64,000 nucleotides of DNA from Octopus sinensis (Eukaryota). Numbering within the stretch: the first letter of the stretch is position 1; each line of letters opens with the position of its first letter. Positions 1 through 11,534 of this stretch are shown here, piece after piece. Where the stretch lies: positions 26,536,001 to 26,600,000 of the forward strand of contig NC_043001.1 of assembly GCF_006345805.1 (NCBI RefSeq), read 5' to 3'. The notes under the pieces were generated by a model, which saw nothing but the letters and a program-made list of their open reading frames with translations, was not told where the DNA came from and searched no databases. Made by a program: the position numbers and the translations under genes.

Positions 1-410
1 TTGTAGGACGCATTTGTCGAGCTCTACTGATCTTCCAGGATGAGGCTCAGCTTCTAGGCTGTAGTTTCCGGCTCAGAATTCCTGGCACCACCATTGATCT
101 TGGTTTATGCTTATTGTCCAATCCTCATATACTGCATTAATATTCCTCGCACTTTCCAATGTATTGTTGCCTTTATTGAACTCATAAAGCAAAATATGCC
201 GCATATGCTCCTTTGTCACTTCCATTATAGCTTTGAAAAAATAACTGTTAAAATCGAACTGCGCTCTTCAAAACTTGCACTAAGAATAAGGGCAAGGTAA
301 AATTACTACCTGCTTTTAAAGCAAGTTGATGCAGGTAGTTTATCTTGTCCCCCTCTGACTTTTAGTTCATGCAATTGAAAAAACTGAATTATTTATGGGA
401 TGACCTAATA
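1..410 (-). mobile_element. Mariner (Tc1/mariner) transposon 5' part, decayed
   Basis: Minus strand from ATG at 225 reads MEVTKEHMRHILLYEFNKGNNTLESARNINAVYEDW...EF*AGNYSLEAEPHPGRSVELD (mariner N-terminal HTH region, one in-frame stop). TIR-like end TATTAGGTCATCCCATAAATAATTCAG at about 383-410. Runs off the window. Confidence 0.85.
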
Positions 411-851
411 TATCTTTTATCTTTTACTTGTTTTAGTTATTAAACTGTGGCCATGGTGGGTCACCACTTTGAAGAATTTTTAGTTGAGTGAATCGACTTC
501 CACTACTTTTTTTTTTTTAGTTCTCATGCTTATTCTATTGTCACTTTTTGCTGAACCGCTAAGTTATGGGGATATAAACACTCCAACACCAGTTGTCATG
601 CACAGACAGAGGGAGAATGCCTAGTTATATTTAATCCCACTGGGTTGAAAGTCAAAGTTAACTCCAGTTGAGTTTGAACACAGAATGTAGAAAAACAATC
701 TAAATGTAATGTTCATAGGCACACCAGTAAAAATATAATCTGAAAATAACTAAAATAATTAACATTCTAAATCTGAAATAACTAAAATTATTATCAGAAA
801 AATTTGACAGTAATTTTTGTTATTGCTTTTGCTTTGCAAATATTTTGACAG

Positions 852-912
852 GTCAGCCGACATTTAGATGTGTTTGCTCAACTTCAGAACCACATAGATT
901 TGTTTAGAGTGT
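852..912 (+). CDS. MAN2B1: Lysosomal alpha-mannosidase exon (first in window): VSRHLDVFAQLQNHIDLFRV
   Basis: cag|GTC...T|gtaagt; phase 0 to 1 joins the next exon; weakly resembles the VCNQLEAL region of GH38. Least conserved exon call. Confidence 0.75.
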
Positions 913-1185
913 GTAAGTAAAACTTTTATTTATTCATTTTTTTCACCCCTCTGTGTGGCACCTTGTGCAAACTCTGGGCCAATCGAAGCCATGAGTGGAT
1001 TTGGTAGATGGAAACTGAAAGAGTTTGTTGCAGAGTGGTTGATGTTAGGAAGGGCATCCAGCTGTAAAATCCCTTCCAAAACAGATACAGTAGCCTTGGG
1101 TAAATTTTCTACCTGGCTGGTTCCTGTCAACTGTCCTACCCATGCATGCATGGAAGATGGACGTTAAACAATGATGGTGATACAT

Positions 1186-1202
1186 ATATATATCTCATCA
1201 TC

Positions 1203-1296
<94 letters not shown>
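1186..1296. repeat. (TA)n microsatellite
   Basis: Seen directly. Similar tracts at about 14643-14712, 43029-43062, 43277-43345, 62905-62944, 63440-63503; (TAA)n at 36749-36776. Confidence 0.95.
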
Positions 1297-1297
<1 letters not shown>

Positions 1298-1940
1298 TAG
1301 CAGAGATACTTGGCATTGCCTGTGTTACATGCAATTGAAGAATTAGACTTTTATATTATATTTTCTGTAATGAACTGGAATACCTATGTTTTGAATTTCA
1401 TCAAAATTGCAGATGAGGGTTATTTCTCTCTTTACACAGCATAAAAAAAATTGTAATCGTGCCACATGTAACCCATACTACTGATTTTTATGTGCATATT
1501 CCAAAATTCCAGTCCTATAGAACCTGTCTCTGTTACTGAATTGCAAAATATGGGATGTAAACACACCAACACTGTTGGTCAGGCGGTGGTGGGGGACAAA
1601 CAAACACACACACACACACACACATGGCAAGCTTCTTTTAGTTTCCATTCTGCTAAATCCACTCGCAAAGCTTTGTCAGCCTAAATCTTTAGTAGAAGGC
1701 ACTTGCTCAAAGTGGCTTGTAGTGGGATTGAATCCAGAACCATGTGGTTGGGAAGCAGGCTGCTCACCGCACACCCACCCCTGTGCCTATGCATATGTTT
1801 GTGTGAATGTGTGTGTCTGTGTGTGCCTTTGTGTTGGTGGAATTGTATATTAGAGATATCAGATTGAGTTGGAGCAGAGCTTTGAAGAAACATGACTGTG
1901 TTGTTTGTATTACAGTTGTGCATCTTAATGTTTATTGCAG

Positions 1941-1980
1941 GGGAGCCTTTAAGTATTGCTCAACATCATGATGCTGTGAC
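1941..1980 (+). CDS. MAN2B1: alpha-mannosidase exon: (W)EPLSIAQHHDAV(T)
   Basis: cag|GG...AC|gtgagt; contains the GH38 QHHDAV motif with the Zn-ligand His. Confidence 0.93.
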
Positions 1981-2067
1981 GTGAGTTACCTTTTTTTGAA
2001 ATTTTATATTAAATAACTTTAAAACTTTCAAATTTTTAAGTTAATAAGATGCTGTCTTGCTTATTAA

Positions 2068-2287
2068 CCCTTTCATTACTAACCCAGCTAAAACCGGCTC
2101 TGGCTCTGTAGTACAAATGTCTTTTTTCCATAAGTTTTGAATTAAAATCTTTCACCAAACCTTAGTCACAATTTATGTTCCTAACACTAGCTGAATGATA
2201 ACTTAGTTATTTTACTAAATTCTTTCTTATATTTGAAAATCATTGAAAGAAACAGAGTATCTCAAAATAAATACAGTAACGAAAGGG
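2068..2287. mobile_element. piggyBac-like MITE, family A
   Basis: TTAA|CCCTTTCATTACT...AGTAACGAAAGGG|TTAA; related copies at 12200-12416 and 29855-30063. Confidence 0.8.
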
Positions 2288-2458
2288 TTAAAAAGTTGAT
2301 GGTTCCCATCCATCTCACCAGCCTTGCACTGCATTCACTCTCAATAGTTCAACTTATATAGACAACAAACATTGTATACAATTGCAGCGTGGAAGGTGTT
2401 TATAAGCCATTTAAGAAACACAAAAACCATTAGATTCACTTCAACATTTAAATTTAAT

Positions 2459-2507
2459 TTGTCAAAATATTTTCGTCGCTTTGGGACCGCGACCTGTTCA
2501 CTGACAA
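2459..2507 (-). ncRNA. Predicted minimal type I hammerhead ribozyme variant (G3-C8)
   Basis: Minus strand TTGTCA-GTGAACA-G-GTCGC-ggtcccaaa-GCGAC-GAAA-ATATTT-TGACAA; stems I and II perfectly paired. Confidence 0.6.
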
Positions 2508-2615
2508 CACAGAATTTTGTTAGTGAACAGTGTTTAAATTTAATTTTGTCAAAACATTTTTGTCGCTTTGAGACCACGACCTGTTCACTGACAAAACTGC
2601 CAGTGGACCACAAAG

Positions 2616-2667
2616 TTTTGTCAGTGAACAGGCCGCCGTCTCAAAGCGACGAAAATATTTTGATAAA
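2616..2667 (+). ncRNA. Predicted minimal type I hammerhead ribozyme variant (G3-C8)
   Basis: Stem I TTTGTCA/TGATAAA, core GTGAACA+G, stem II GCCGC/GCGAC (one mismatch), GAAA, palindromic AATATT, site UUU. Confidence 0.5.
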
Positions 2668-3476
2668 TTAAATTTAAATGTTGAAGTGAATCTAACGGTT
2701 TTTGTGTGTTTCTTAAATGGCTTATAAACACCTTCCACACTGCAATTGTTTTCGTTCCAGCACACGATCTCAGATCAGGTCCCTTGCTATGCAAGCACAT
2801 CTCCGTAAACATTGTATAATTGTCAAGTATTTGGTTAGCTTATACAGTGTTTAAGTGTCTGTGACAAAAGAAAACTTAGGTGTCTTGTTATGGAACCTGA
2901 AGAAGACAACAGAACATCATTCTAGTATCCCTCTTTACCATTGCTTACTGAAACCTTGTGTAAGACATTGTGTTGAAGTCTTAGTTCTTCCCACTCCATA
3001 TGGAGCATTGGGCATTGAAAGATCTCACCCCTACCCCACCGCCTCCTGGCATGGTTGCAAACACTGTCATGTGTCTGCTCCCAAGCAAGGTCCATAACTG
3101 CCAAGTTTCCCACCACATTTCTCAACCAGGTCTCAACAGATCTGAATTACTATACTCTGCTCTCTGGCTTCTACTTGAGAGGGGCAGTCATTGATCTCAT
3201 CATGGATACACACACACACACACACACACACACAGAGCACATGGCTGAGAATCTTCCACTGTCTCATGATGATGTTATTCTGTGGGTTACTCAGCCAGGC
3301 TCTCTCCATGTTTGTTGAAAGCTCATCGTTAAATCAAGAAATTCTAGACTACCTTTTAAGAAATTTATTTCATCAAAATAATACTCTAATTTCAAAGCCA
3401 ATAACAAAAAGATTGCTGTTATATTTTATAATTTGTCATATTTTATAATTTGTCTCTTTTATGTTTTACTTGTTAG

Positions 3477-3546
3477 GGGGACAGAGAAACAAGCAGTTGC
3501 TAATGATTATACAGCTAGATTGACTGCTGGTGCTGAATCCTACCAG
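3477..3546 (+). CDS. MAN2B1: alpha-mannosidase exon: GTEKQAVANDYTARLTAGAESYQ
   Basis: tag|G...CAG|gtgag; continues HHDAVT-GT-x-KQ-x-V-x-x-DY. Confidence 0.93.
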
Positions 3547-3584
3547 GTGAGTTAGCATCTTTTTAATTAGATGAGCAACAAGCT

Positions 3585-3972
3585 GGCCTTTGTGCCGATG
3601 GCATATAAAAAAAAACACCATTCGAGCGTGATCGTTACCTGCGTCGCCTTACTGGCACTTGTGCTGGTTGCACGCGAAAAAACATTCGAGCGATGTCATT
3701 GCTAGTGCCACTGGGCTGGCTCCTGTGCAGGTGGCACATAAAAAACACCATTTGAGCATGGCCATTGCCAGTACCGCCTGATTGGTCCTCGTGCCGGTGG
3801 CACGTAAAAGCACCCACTACACTCTTGGCGTTAGGAAGGGCATCCAGCTGTAGAAACTCTGCCAGACCAGATTGGAGCCTGGTGCAGCCATCTGGTTTGC
3901 CAGACCTCAGTCAAACCGTCCAACCCATGCCAGCATGGAAAGTGGATGTTAAATGATGATGATGATGATGAT
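3585..3972 (+). repeat. RTE 3'-UTR copy (5'-truncated)
   Basis: Ends ...CAACCCATGCCAGCATGGAAAG...TTAAATGATGATGAT. Similar copies at about 5446-5618(-), 7095-7232(+), 18075-18495(-), 22188-22810(-), 24832-25200(-), 32195-32650(-), 34570-34765(+), 34781-34945(-), 35810-36080(+), 42560-43025(-), 45503-46210(-), 53395-53535(+), 55085-55275(-), 56585-56870(-), 57540-57807(+), 58040-58422(+), 60075-60290(-). Confidence 0.85.
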
Positions 3973-4330
3973 GTGATTGTTTGTCACTTTTTCTGTTTTA
4001 AGCTGGCTCTTTTAAAGATTTAAATAATTATCTATGATTTTAATCACTAACTCCTACATGCAATACTTCTTTTTATGTATTTAGCCGATGGCACACAACT
4101 ATGAACGAACATATGAGATTTAGCTGTGTCAGAAATCACTGACATCTAAATAAACTAGTATTTAAAATGTTTTTCCTATATCAGTTTAAGAAGATTGTAA
4201 TTTGGAGGGTTCAGTTTTTTTTTTAATATTATATTTGGCATTTCTATGTTGGTTGCTGGAATTGTCTAGTTCATTCTAAGTGTCCTTAGAAGAACATTTA
4301 CAACTGGATTTTATTTGCCTGCAATTTAAT

Positions 4331-4547
4331 ACTCTCTTTTACTTGTTTCAGTCATTTGACTGTGGCCATGCTGGAGCACTGCCTTTAGTCAAGCAAATTG
4401 ACCCCTGGACTTATTCTTTGTAAGTCTAGTACTTATTCTATCGGTCTCTTTTGCCGATCTGCTAAGTTACGGGGACGTAAACACACCAGCATCAGTTGTC
4501 ATGCGATGTTGGGGGGGACAAACACAGACACACAGGCATACACACAT

Positions 4548-4598
<51 letters not shown>

Positions 4599-4723
4599 TA
4601 TATATATATATACACACACATATATATATATATATAACACATATATATATATTATATATATATACACATATATATTATATATATATATATATACACATAT
4701 ATATATATATATATAATATACAT

Positions 4724-4768
<45 letters not shown>

Positions 4769-4793
4769 TATATATATATATACACATATATAT

Positions 4794-4855
<62 letters not shown>

Positions 4856-4859
4856 ATAC

Positions 4860-4890
<31 letters not shown>

Positions 4891-4970
4891 TATATATATA
4901 TATATATACATAATATATATATACACATATATATTATATATACACACATATATATATATTATATATATAT

Positions 4971-5019
<49 letters not shown>

Positions 5020-5175
5020 TATATGACGGGCTTCTTTCCGTTTCCATCTACCAAATTCACTCACAAGGCTTTGGTCAGCCCAAGGCTATAGTAGAAGACA
5101 CTTGCCCAAGGTGCCATGCAGTGGGACTGAACCTGGAACCATGTGGTTCGTAAGCAAGCTACTTACCACACAGTC
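4331..5175 (-). mobile_element. SINE family A with a hyper-expanded internal microsatellite
   Basis: SINE head at about 5100-5175 and tail at 4331-4540 flank about 480 bp of (TA)n/(CA) repeat at 4545-5020. Confidence 0.88.
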
Positions 5176-5827
5176 ATAATTTTTTTTTGTAATTTATTTG
5201 GTTTCCTATTCTAGTGATATTAACTTCTAACTCATCTTTGTAATTTATCGACCAAAACAATGGAAAAAGTAAAATTTACTCAAACAGAATTTGAACTCTG
5301 AACATAGGGAAATAAGACTAAAACTAATCTTATGACTTGCTATCTTTAAATTTCTCATGATTTTAAGCTAAAATTTCTTTGTATTCTTCCATGGTATCTG
5401 TGAATCAAGTTGGAAGGTGGCAGTGGTATGGTTATAATTAAACTAGGTTGGACGATTTGACTGAGGACTGGCGAACCAGATGGCTACACCAGGCTCCAAT
5501 CTTGATCTGGCAGAGTTTCTACAGCTCGATGCCCTTCCTAACGCCAACCACTCCGAGAGTGTAGTGGGTGCTTTTATGTGCCACCGGCACAAGGGCCAAT
5601 CAGGCGGTACTAGCAACAGCCACGCTCATTATTTGTTGATCAAATATCAGCTCGTTATGCAAGTTTAATTTTTTTCAGAAAGACTGTTCTGAAAAACAAA
5701 TTCTGTTTGTTTGTTTAGAGAAGTGTTTATATATGAGTACCCCACTGTATATTTAATATTATCTGCAGGATTTGTATTTTGTTGTGATAAGAAACAGAAA
5801 TATTAAATAATATTTTTTTTCTTTCAG

Positions 5828-5947
5828 AAATTAACAAATGCAGCATATACAAAATTGCTACCAAAAACTGAAGAGACTCCACCTGCTCATTATTTCTGTT
5901 CTTTACTAAATATATCAATGTGTGAAATAACTGAACATTTAAATGAG
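5828..5947 (+). CDS. MAN2B1: alpha-mannosidase exon: KLTNAAY...HYFCSLLNISMCEITEHLNE
   Basis: cag|AAA...GAG|gtatgt; 120 nt open; C-x-x-LNIS-x-C motif. Confidence 0.9.
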
Positions 5948-6267
5948 GTATGTCATTTTATTCAAAATTGATTTGATTTTGGAACTCACTTAATTTTTAA
6001 AATTTTATTTTATTTTACTTAGAAACTTGACAAAAAGCAAAAAAGATTTTTTTTCTTGGAAAGTACTATTTCTCTACTTCTACAGGATTTGTGAAATAGC
6101 GAATTATGATAGCTACAGAAAACTAGTATTTAATTTAAATTTTAGCCAGGTAATGTTTATTTGGAGATGTCATTGGAAAGGCTCTCAAGGAGGACTGTGA
6201 TGTTTGGTAAAATCTTAGAACTAAGACAAACCTTGTTGTTTGTGGGTAAAATAACAGATCTCTTTGA

Positions 6268-6478
6268 CCCTTTAGCATTCAAACTATTCTGTCAAATGTA
6301 ATGCTTATTTGTTCACATTGTTTTGAATTATCAAAATTATCTCATAGCTTTGAGATTTTGATGATGTGATTGCTTATTTTCAGAATGACATTTTTGGGTA
6401 GTTGTCAGATGTGGCTGGTTTGAACATAACACAGGTAGAATATTTGGGCTGGATATGGCCGGTTTAAATGCTAAAGGG
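6268..6478. mobile_element. piggyBac-like MITE family B
   Basis: TIR CCCTTTAGCATT/AATGCTAAAGGG with degenerate TTAA flanks; partial copy from 16418 to about 16540. Confidence 0.7.
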
Positions 6479-7635
6479 TTTAGAGAGGTTATTGCAAAGA
6501 AGAGAAAGTGGTTGATGGAGTATTAGAATATTTAGAAGATTACTGCTTTTTATTAATACTACTCAGGTTTACTTGAGCTGACATAGATCATAGAAATACC
6601 AATTGGAACTTATGAGTAACTCATATGTCCAATACCATGTGTGCCTTGATTTATTTTGATTAGGGACCAATAAAAGAGAGAAGAAGGAATATTTAATATA
6701 GATTAAATACTTTGTTCAAAAGCTTTCTCCTCAGAACTGTAATGCTTTGAATTTACTTCAACCAAGTATATCATACAATCTCAGCATATAAAAATTTAAG
6801 AGGAACATCAACTTTGTAAAACATACCTGTCAGAGAAGGCTTGCAAAAATCATGAATGCCCAACTACCTCCTACTCTAACTAAATAATTGTCTCCTAGAA
6901 GCACAAGGCCTGGAATTTTGTGGGAGTGGGTTAGTTAATTACGTTGACTCTAGTGTTCAACTGGTACTTATTTTATCAACCCTGTAAGGACAAAGGGCCA
7001 AGTGGACCTTGGTGGCTTTTGAACTCAGAACATAAGGATGGACAAAATACCACTAAAAAAATAATTCCAGTGAATTACAGGTGACTCTAATTGATTTCTC
7101 AGCTGTAAAAACCTTGCCAGATTGGATTGGAGCCTGGTGCAACCTTCTTGCTTGTCAGCCCTCAGTCAAACCATCCAACCCATGCCAGCATGGAAAGCAG
7201 ACGTTAAATGATGCGATGATGATGATGATTATGAAGATATTGTTTGCAAATGATTCCATGGAAATGAAATTTCACCTTTTGACACTTCAGCAAAAATTGT
7301 CATATTAATATCAAAGAAATTAACAAATATATCTTAATATCATGTATTCCATTAACTAATCTTTTTTATTTCTACAACATTTATCATTATATATGCATTA
7401 ATTTAGAGATTTTTCTTCCATAAAACTGATATTCAACTTAACCATAAGCAACGTGTGACACATTTATGGTAAAGCAGTTGAAGTTTCTTGAAAATAAATT
7501 CTGTCAAATTTCATAGAATATTTATTAAGCTCTGTAATTATTTTATTCTTCAAATACCCCAAAATAAAATATTCTGAATTAGTTACACCAAGATTTTATT
7601 TTATTTTAAGTTTGATTTACTTTTTATAATTCCAG

Positions 7636-7752
7636 TTTACTGTGACTCTGTATAACCCATTGGCACAACTTGTATCCAATTGGGTACGGTTACCTGTTGT
7701 TGGTTCTAGTTATACTGTGCTAGGACCAGACTTGAACTCGGTTCAAACTCAA
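7636..7752 (+). CDS. MAN2B1: alpha-mannosidase exon: FTVTLYNPLAQLVSNWVRLPV...SVQTQ
   Basis: cag|TTT...CAA|gtaag; YNPL and VRLPV motifs. Confidence 0.93.
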
Positions 7753-8278
7753 GTAAGTTTATACAAATTAATTCTTGTTTTATTGATATGTTGCTTTCAC
7801 AAAGAATCTATTTGTATCATTTCAATTTTTCTCTTTTATTATTTTCTGTTCTGTGCTGCACAGCAAATTGTTCCATCCTTGGATGGTTTCAGTAACATAT
7901 TAGTTTTCCTTTGAGAAGAGGCTGCTAGCTACTCACTTAGTCCTTCTCCATTTCTGGAGAAAGGGATGCCGTGAATAGTGACCACAGCCTCAACCTTTCT
8001 TGCAGTGCAGGGTAGCCAGCTAAGACAGGGAAAGAGATGGAGGGGAAGGGGAAAGAATCATCCTTATACTAGACCGATACATCATTTTTTGACCTTGGAA
8101 TGATGAAAGGCAAAAGTAACTTTAGCAAGATTTGAACCATGGGCATAGAGAACTAGAACAAAATACCACAACCCATTCTATCAGCTAGTCTAATGACTGC
8201 CAATTGCCAATCCACTACTTTATTTGCATCAGTAATATATATTATACATTAATTACATATCATATAATTTAAAGCATA

Positions 8279-8791
8279 TCTATATATATAAAACTGTAGT
8301 TGTGTGAGTGTCTGTCCCCTTCGATTTAGATTCCTAACTACTCCCACATTTTGCGGTGCAGTTTAACCAAATTCGGGTATCTTATAGTCGTGATTCATAT
8401 CGAGCCCGTCTGAGTATTAGCGCGCGTCTACGATGAGTCTACGATTTTAAAAATAATTTAACATCATTTTTTATTCCATTTTAATGCATAATTTTTCGTG
8501 TGTCGATGGCGGCGGAGTTGGCGTCCATGGTCACACCTGCACCTGTTTACTTCTCCCCCTTCTTCCCTCCCTCGTGAAGCTGTTGGGAAGGGAGTGTAAG
8601 GAAATCAACGTCGTAAAGCGTTGTCAAGGAGACCAGCGTTCTTTTAGAACAACGACTTCATGGCTTGAAGACACCAAAACAGAAATGGCTAAGAAAGCCC
8701 GAATTGGCATCTATAAGGGAAGTAACTCTCTAAAAATGCTTATATAGTTATTTCCCTTACAAACCAGAGCAACGCCGGGCGATACTGCTAG
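8279..8791 (+). mobile_element. Non-autonomous Helitron
   Basis: A|TC start; CTAG|T end preceded by GC-rich CGCCGGGCG; no TSD; homologous to 11535-11832. Confidence 0.75.
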
Positions 8792-9018
8792 TAACATATA
8801 TAAATATAATTAGATAGATAAATAGAGAGAGCAACAGAAATAGGATAACAAAAGAATTAATGCAGGTATGCAGTTTGTGAATGACGTTACTGATGTAAGA
8901 CCTGCCATATTTATTATAAATGACACAGTATACTACATAAGCCTGTAAACATATTTCCATATTGTTGCTATGTGTGAGCCACCTTCCAAATACGTGTCTT
9001 TTCAAGGAAGGTCTAGAG

Positions 9019-9271
9019 CAGTGTTTCTCAACCGTTTTTATCCTATAGACTCCCTTGATTACTGTTTCACTCAAATGGCCCTTCATAGCCATTTGATGTT
9101 TAAAAAATCCTGTTACATTTTTATAATTAAATATTATTGTGAATTGTATAAAAAATTGTTGAAACATTTTGTGTATTGTAGAAGTATTGTCAATTTATTG
9201 CACATAAATGTTAACAACTAAATCTTATATGGACCCCCAAGGGCCATATGGACTCCAGTTGAGAACTACTG
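9019..9271. mobile_element. hAT (Charlie-type) MITE
   Basis: TIR CAGTGTTTCTCAAC / GTTGAGAACTACTG; 8-bp flanks GTCTAGAG / GCCTGGAG (6/8), fitting the NTCTAGAN target. Confidence 0.8.
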
Positions 9272-9845
9272 GCCTGGAGTGGACCAGCTGTGTATTCACT
9301 CCCTACCTGTTGATCACTTGATGGGTTGCAGCAGCTGTTCTGTCATGAAACCATGGCAGTTTTAAAAAGCAAGTGGTTGTTGTCAGAGGTGTGAACCGTC
9401 TATGGAGTTATATTATCTAGCTGGTGTCTGGGCAAAGAATGCTGGGTAGCCATTATCCATGAGCACCCTAGGAACTACTTAGTGCTGGTGACTCTGTCAC
9501 CTGCTCTGCTGCATTCTTACACAGATGATCTTGGCTTTTTTTTTTTAGGTAGGGCTGATCTCTAGTGTACAAATAGATCATTGCAGTCAGCTTTTCTTTT
9601 GACAATGGATGTCTTTTATTGAGCTGAGCTAATCAATACCACTTTTATTTATGCCAAAGAAAAGAAGCACAGAAACAATTATTGGTTTCCTCTCATCATC
9701 ATCATGGCATCAATGTTGGTTTTATTCAATAAATTTTCCTTAGAGTATTTTGTCATGTATCTCAACTTTTTGTCATCTCATGTGAAGCCTAGTGTTCTGA
9801 GAGCTAAGATAACCAATTTGTTTTATCATCCAGGATTTAGCTCTA

Positions 9846-10215
9846 TAATAATAATAATGAAATTATTGTATACAGTGCTCGGGTGCACCACATGTCAAAA
9901 GTGCATATAAAGCATATGTAGTAATGTACAAATGTCTGGGAAGTGAACAGTGTATGAGCCAGATACATGCTTGCGTGTGTATGGAGGGGAGAAAATCAGG
10001 TGTAGTGTTGGCGAATCTCAGGAAGCATGGATGTTTTGAAGGATGCAGTGCTCCGACAACTAACAACTGATGCCAGCAGTCTTTTCCATGCTTCAGCAAC
10101 TCTTAGCGTGAAAAAATGTTTCCAAAAGTCATGGGAGCTGTGCTGTTTTCTGACTTTGTAAACATGTCCACGGGTGTCAGACAGGTGGAGCTTGAAAAGG
10201 TGCTCAGAGTTATTG
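9846..10215 (-). mobile_element. CR1-clade LINE 3' end
   Basis: TRGHVYKV...HFFTLRVAEAW C-terminal motif, 3' UTR and (TTA)n tail; second copy at 20863-21235. Confidence 0.85.
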
Positions 10216-11534
10216 TTACTAAGATGGTTAATAATTTTATGGGTGTCTGCCATGGGTACCTTCCAATAACTTGTGGGACCATTTTCCTTTTCCCCTTACA
10301 TACTCAGTACAGTTCACTATCCTGTTTGGATATTTATACACATAACAGTAAAAGATGGTTTGGAAACCCTGTTATAAAAGCTGGCTTTCTGTAGTTATTT
10401 TAATTATGAAGTAGATAAGCGTAAACAATAGTTGAAATATGAAATTATTTACAAGTTTGTCAATAACAGAAATAATCTTCATATCTAAACTAGTAAAGAA
10501 AAACAAATGCCATTGGTAACTTAGCTGTCAGCATGAAGTTTAAACAGTTTACTGAAAAGAGCAGAAGAGCAAAGGCTGACTGTTTTATTTGCTATCAAAT
10601 CATGTCATAATTATTGCTCTTGTTACATTCAGTACCTGAAACAATAAAATTTAAATGAATGTACAATGAAGATTGTCACAAAGGTGGTAGTCATAGCTTA
10701 TTGTAGTCTGTCTCTCTCACACACACACATACATACATTATCATCATCATTTAACGTCTGTTGTCTGTGCTGGCATGGGATGGATGGTTTGACTGGGCTG
10801 GCAACACACACACACACATACATACACACACACATACGCACACACAGTCTCTCTATCTCTTACACACACACGTGCATTTGCACTATGGTTGGTAATGCTA
10901 AGGTGCATACTCCCCATATATGCATGTTTGTGCTTTTGTTTCTTTTATGGACGTGCTTAGATGTACATGTTTATGTTTTGTTGCTAATAGACCTCCATCT
11001 GATGGAGATTATATTTTGCTGTCATTTAATAGTCACAACATGGTCCAAGTTATATTAAACTGAGATGCATTAACAGGAAAAAATATAAACATTGACAAGG
11101 ACTGGCACCTATTTTAATATATTTATCTAATAATTCATAGACGAGTGAGGGAATAAATGGCAAATCAGCTGATGGAAATATCTGGCTATGCAAGAAAAAC
11201 AATCTTACAAACTTTCTTTCTTTCAGATGCAGAAAACATAAATCTATGCACAAACCACAAGAGACCCTCTCCTTTCTTTCAGGTTCAAAACTTTAAGGCT
11301 GTCACCATTAATGTCAGTACAATGAGAAGTGTTGTATTCAAAAGACAAGATTGAAGGCTATCTCAGCCAGACTCCTCGTGAGTAAGGGTGGGTATTAGTG
11401 ATGGAATAGGTAGAGTTGGCATATTGTTAGCAGAGAAATGGATAAAGTAATTGAGGTAAATGGAGTATATGATAGAATGATTAAGTTTAAGCTAGTTATA
11501 GACGTAATAACAATAAGAGTTATTGTAGTATATA

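Larger units (their letters stand above)
2379..2806. mobile_element. Palindromic foldback element with one-sided tail, probable non-autonomous Penelope-like element (copy 1)
   Basis: About 130-bp inverted arms (2379-2507 vs about 2617-2748), 58-nt tail 2749-2806, perfect 12-bp flanking duplication AAACATTGTATA (2367-2378, 2807-2818). Confidence 0.7.

Noticed and set aside
2749-2806. Helentron/DINE-1 interpretation of the palindromic element (subterminal IR plus 3' hairpin)
   Set aside because: Ranked below the Penelope reading: rolling-circle elements do not make 12-bp TSDs, and the hammerhead-like fold fits PLE pseudo-LTRs. Not fully excluded.
2341-2812. Overlapping ORFs across the palindrome
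   Set aside because: Mirror-image frames caused by the inverted repeat; no RT, endonuclease or transposase motif.
4398-5064. Several long Y/I/C-rich ORFs (up to 160 aa)
   Set aside because: Translations of (TA)n/(CA)n microsatellite.
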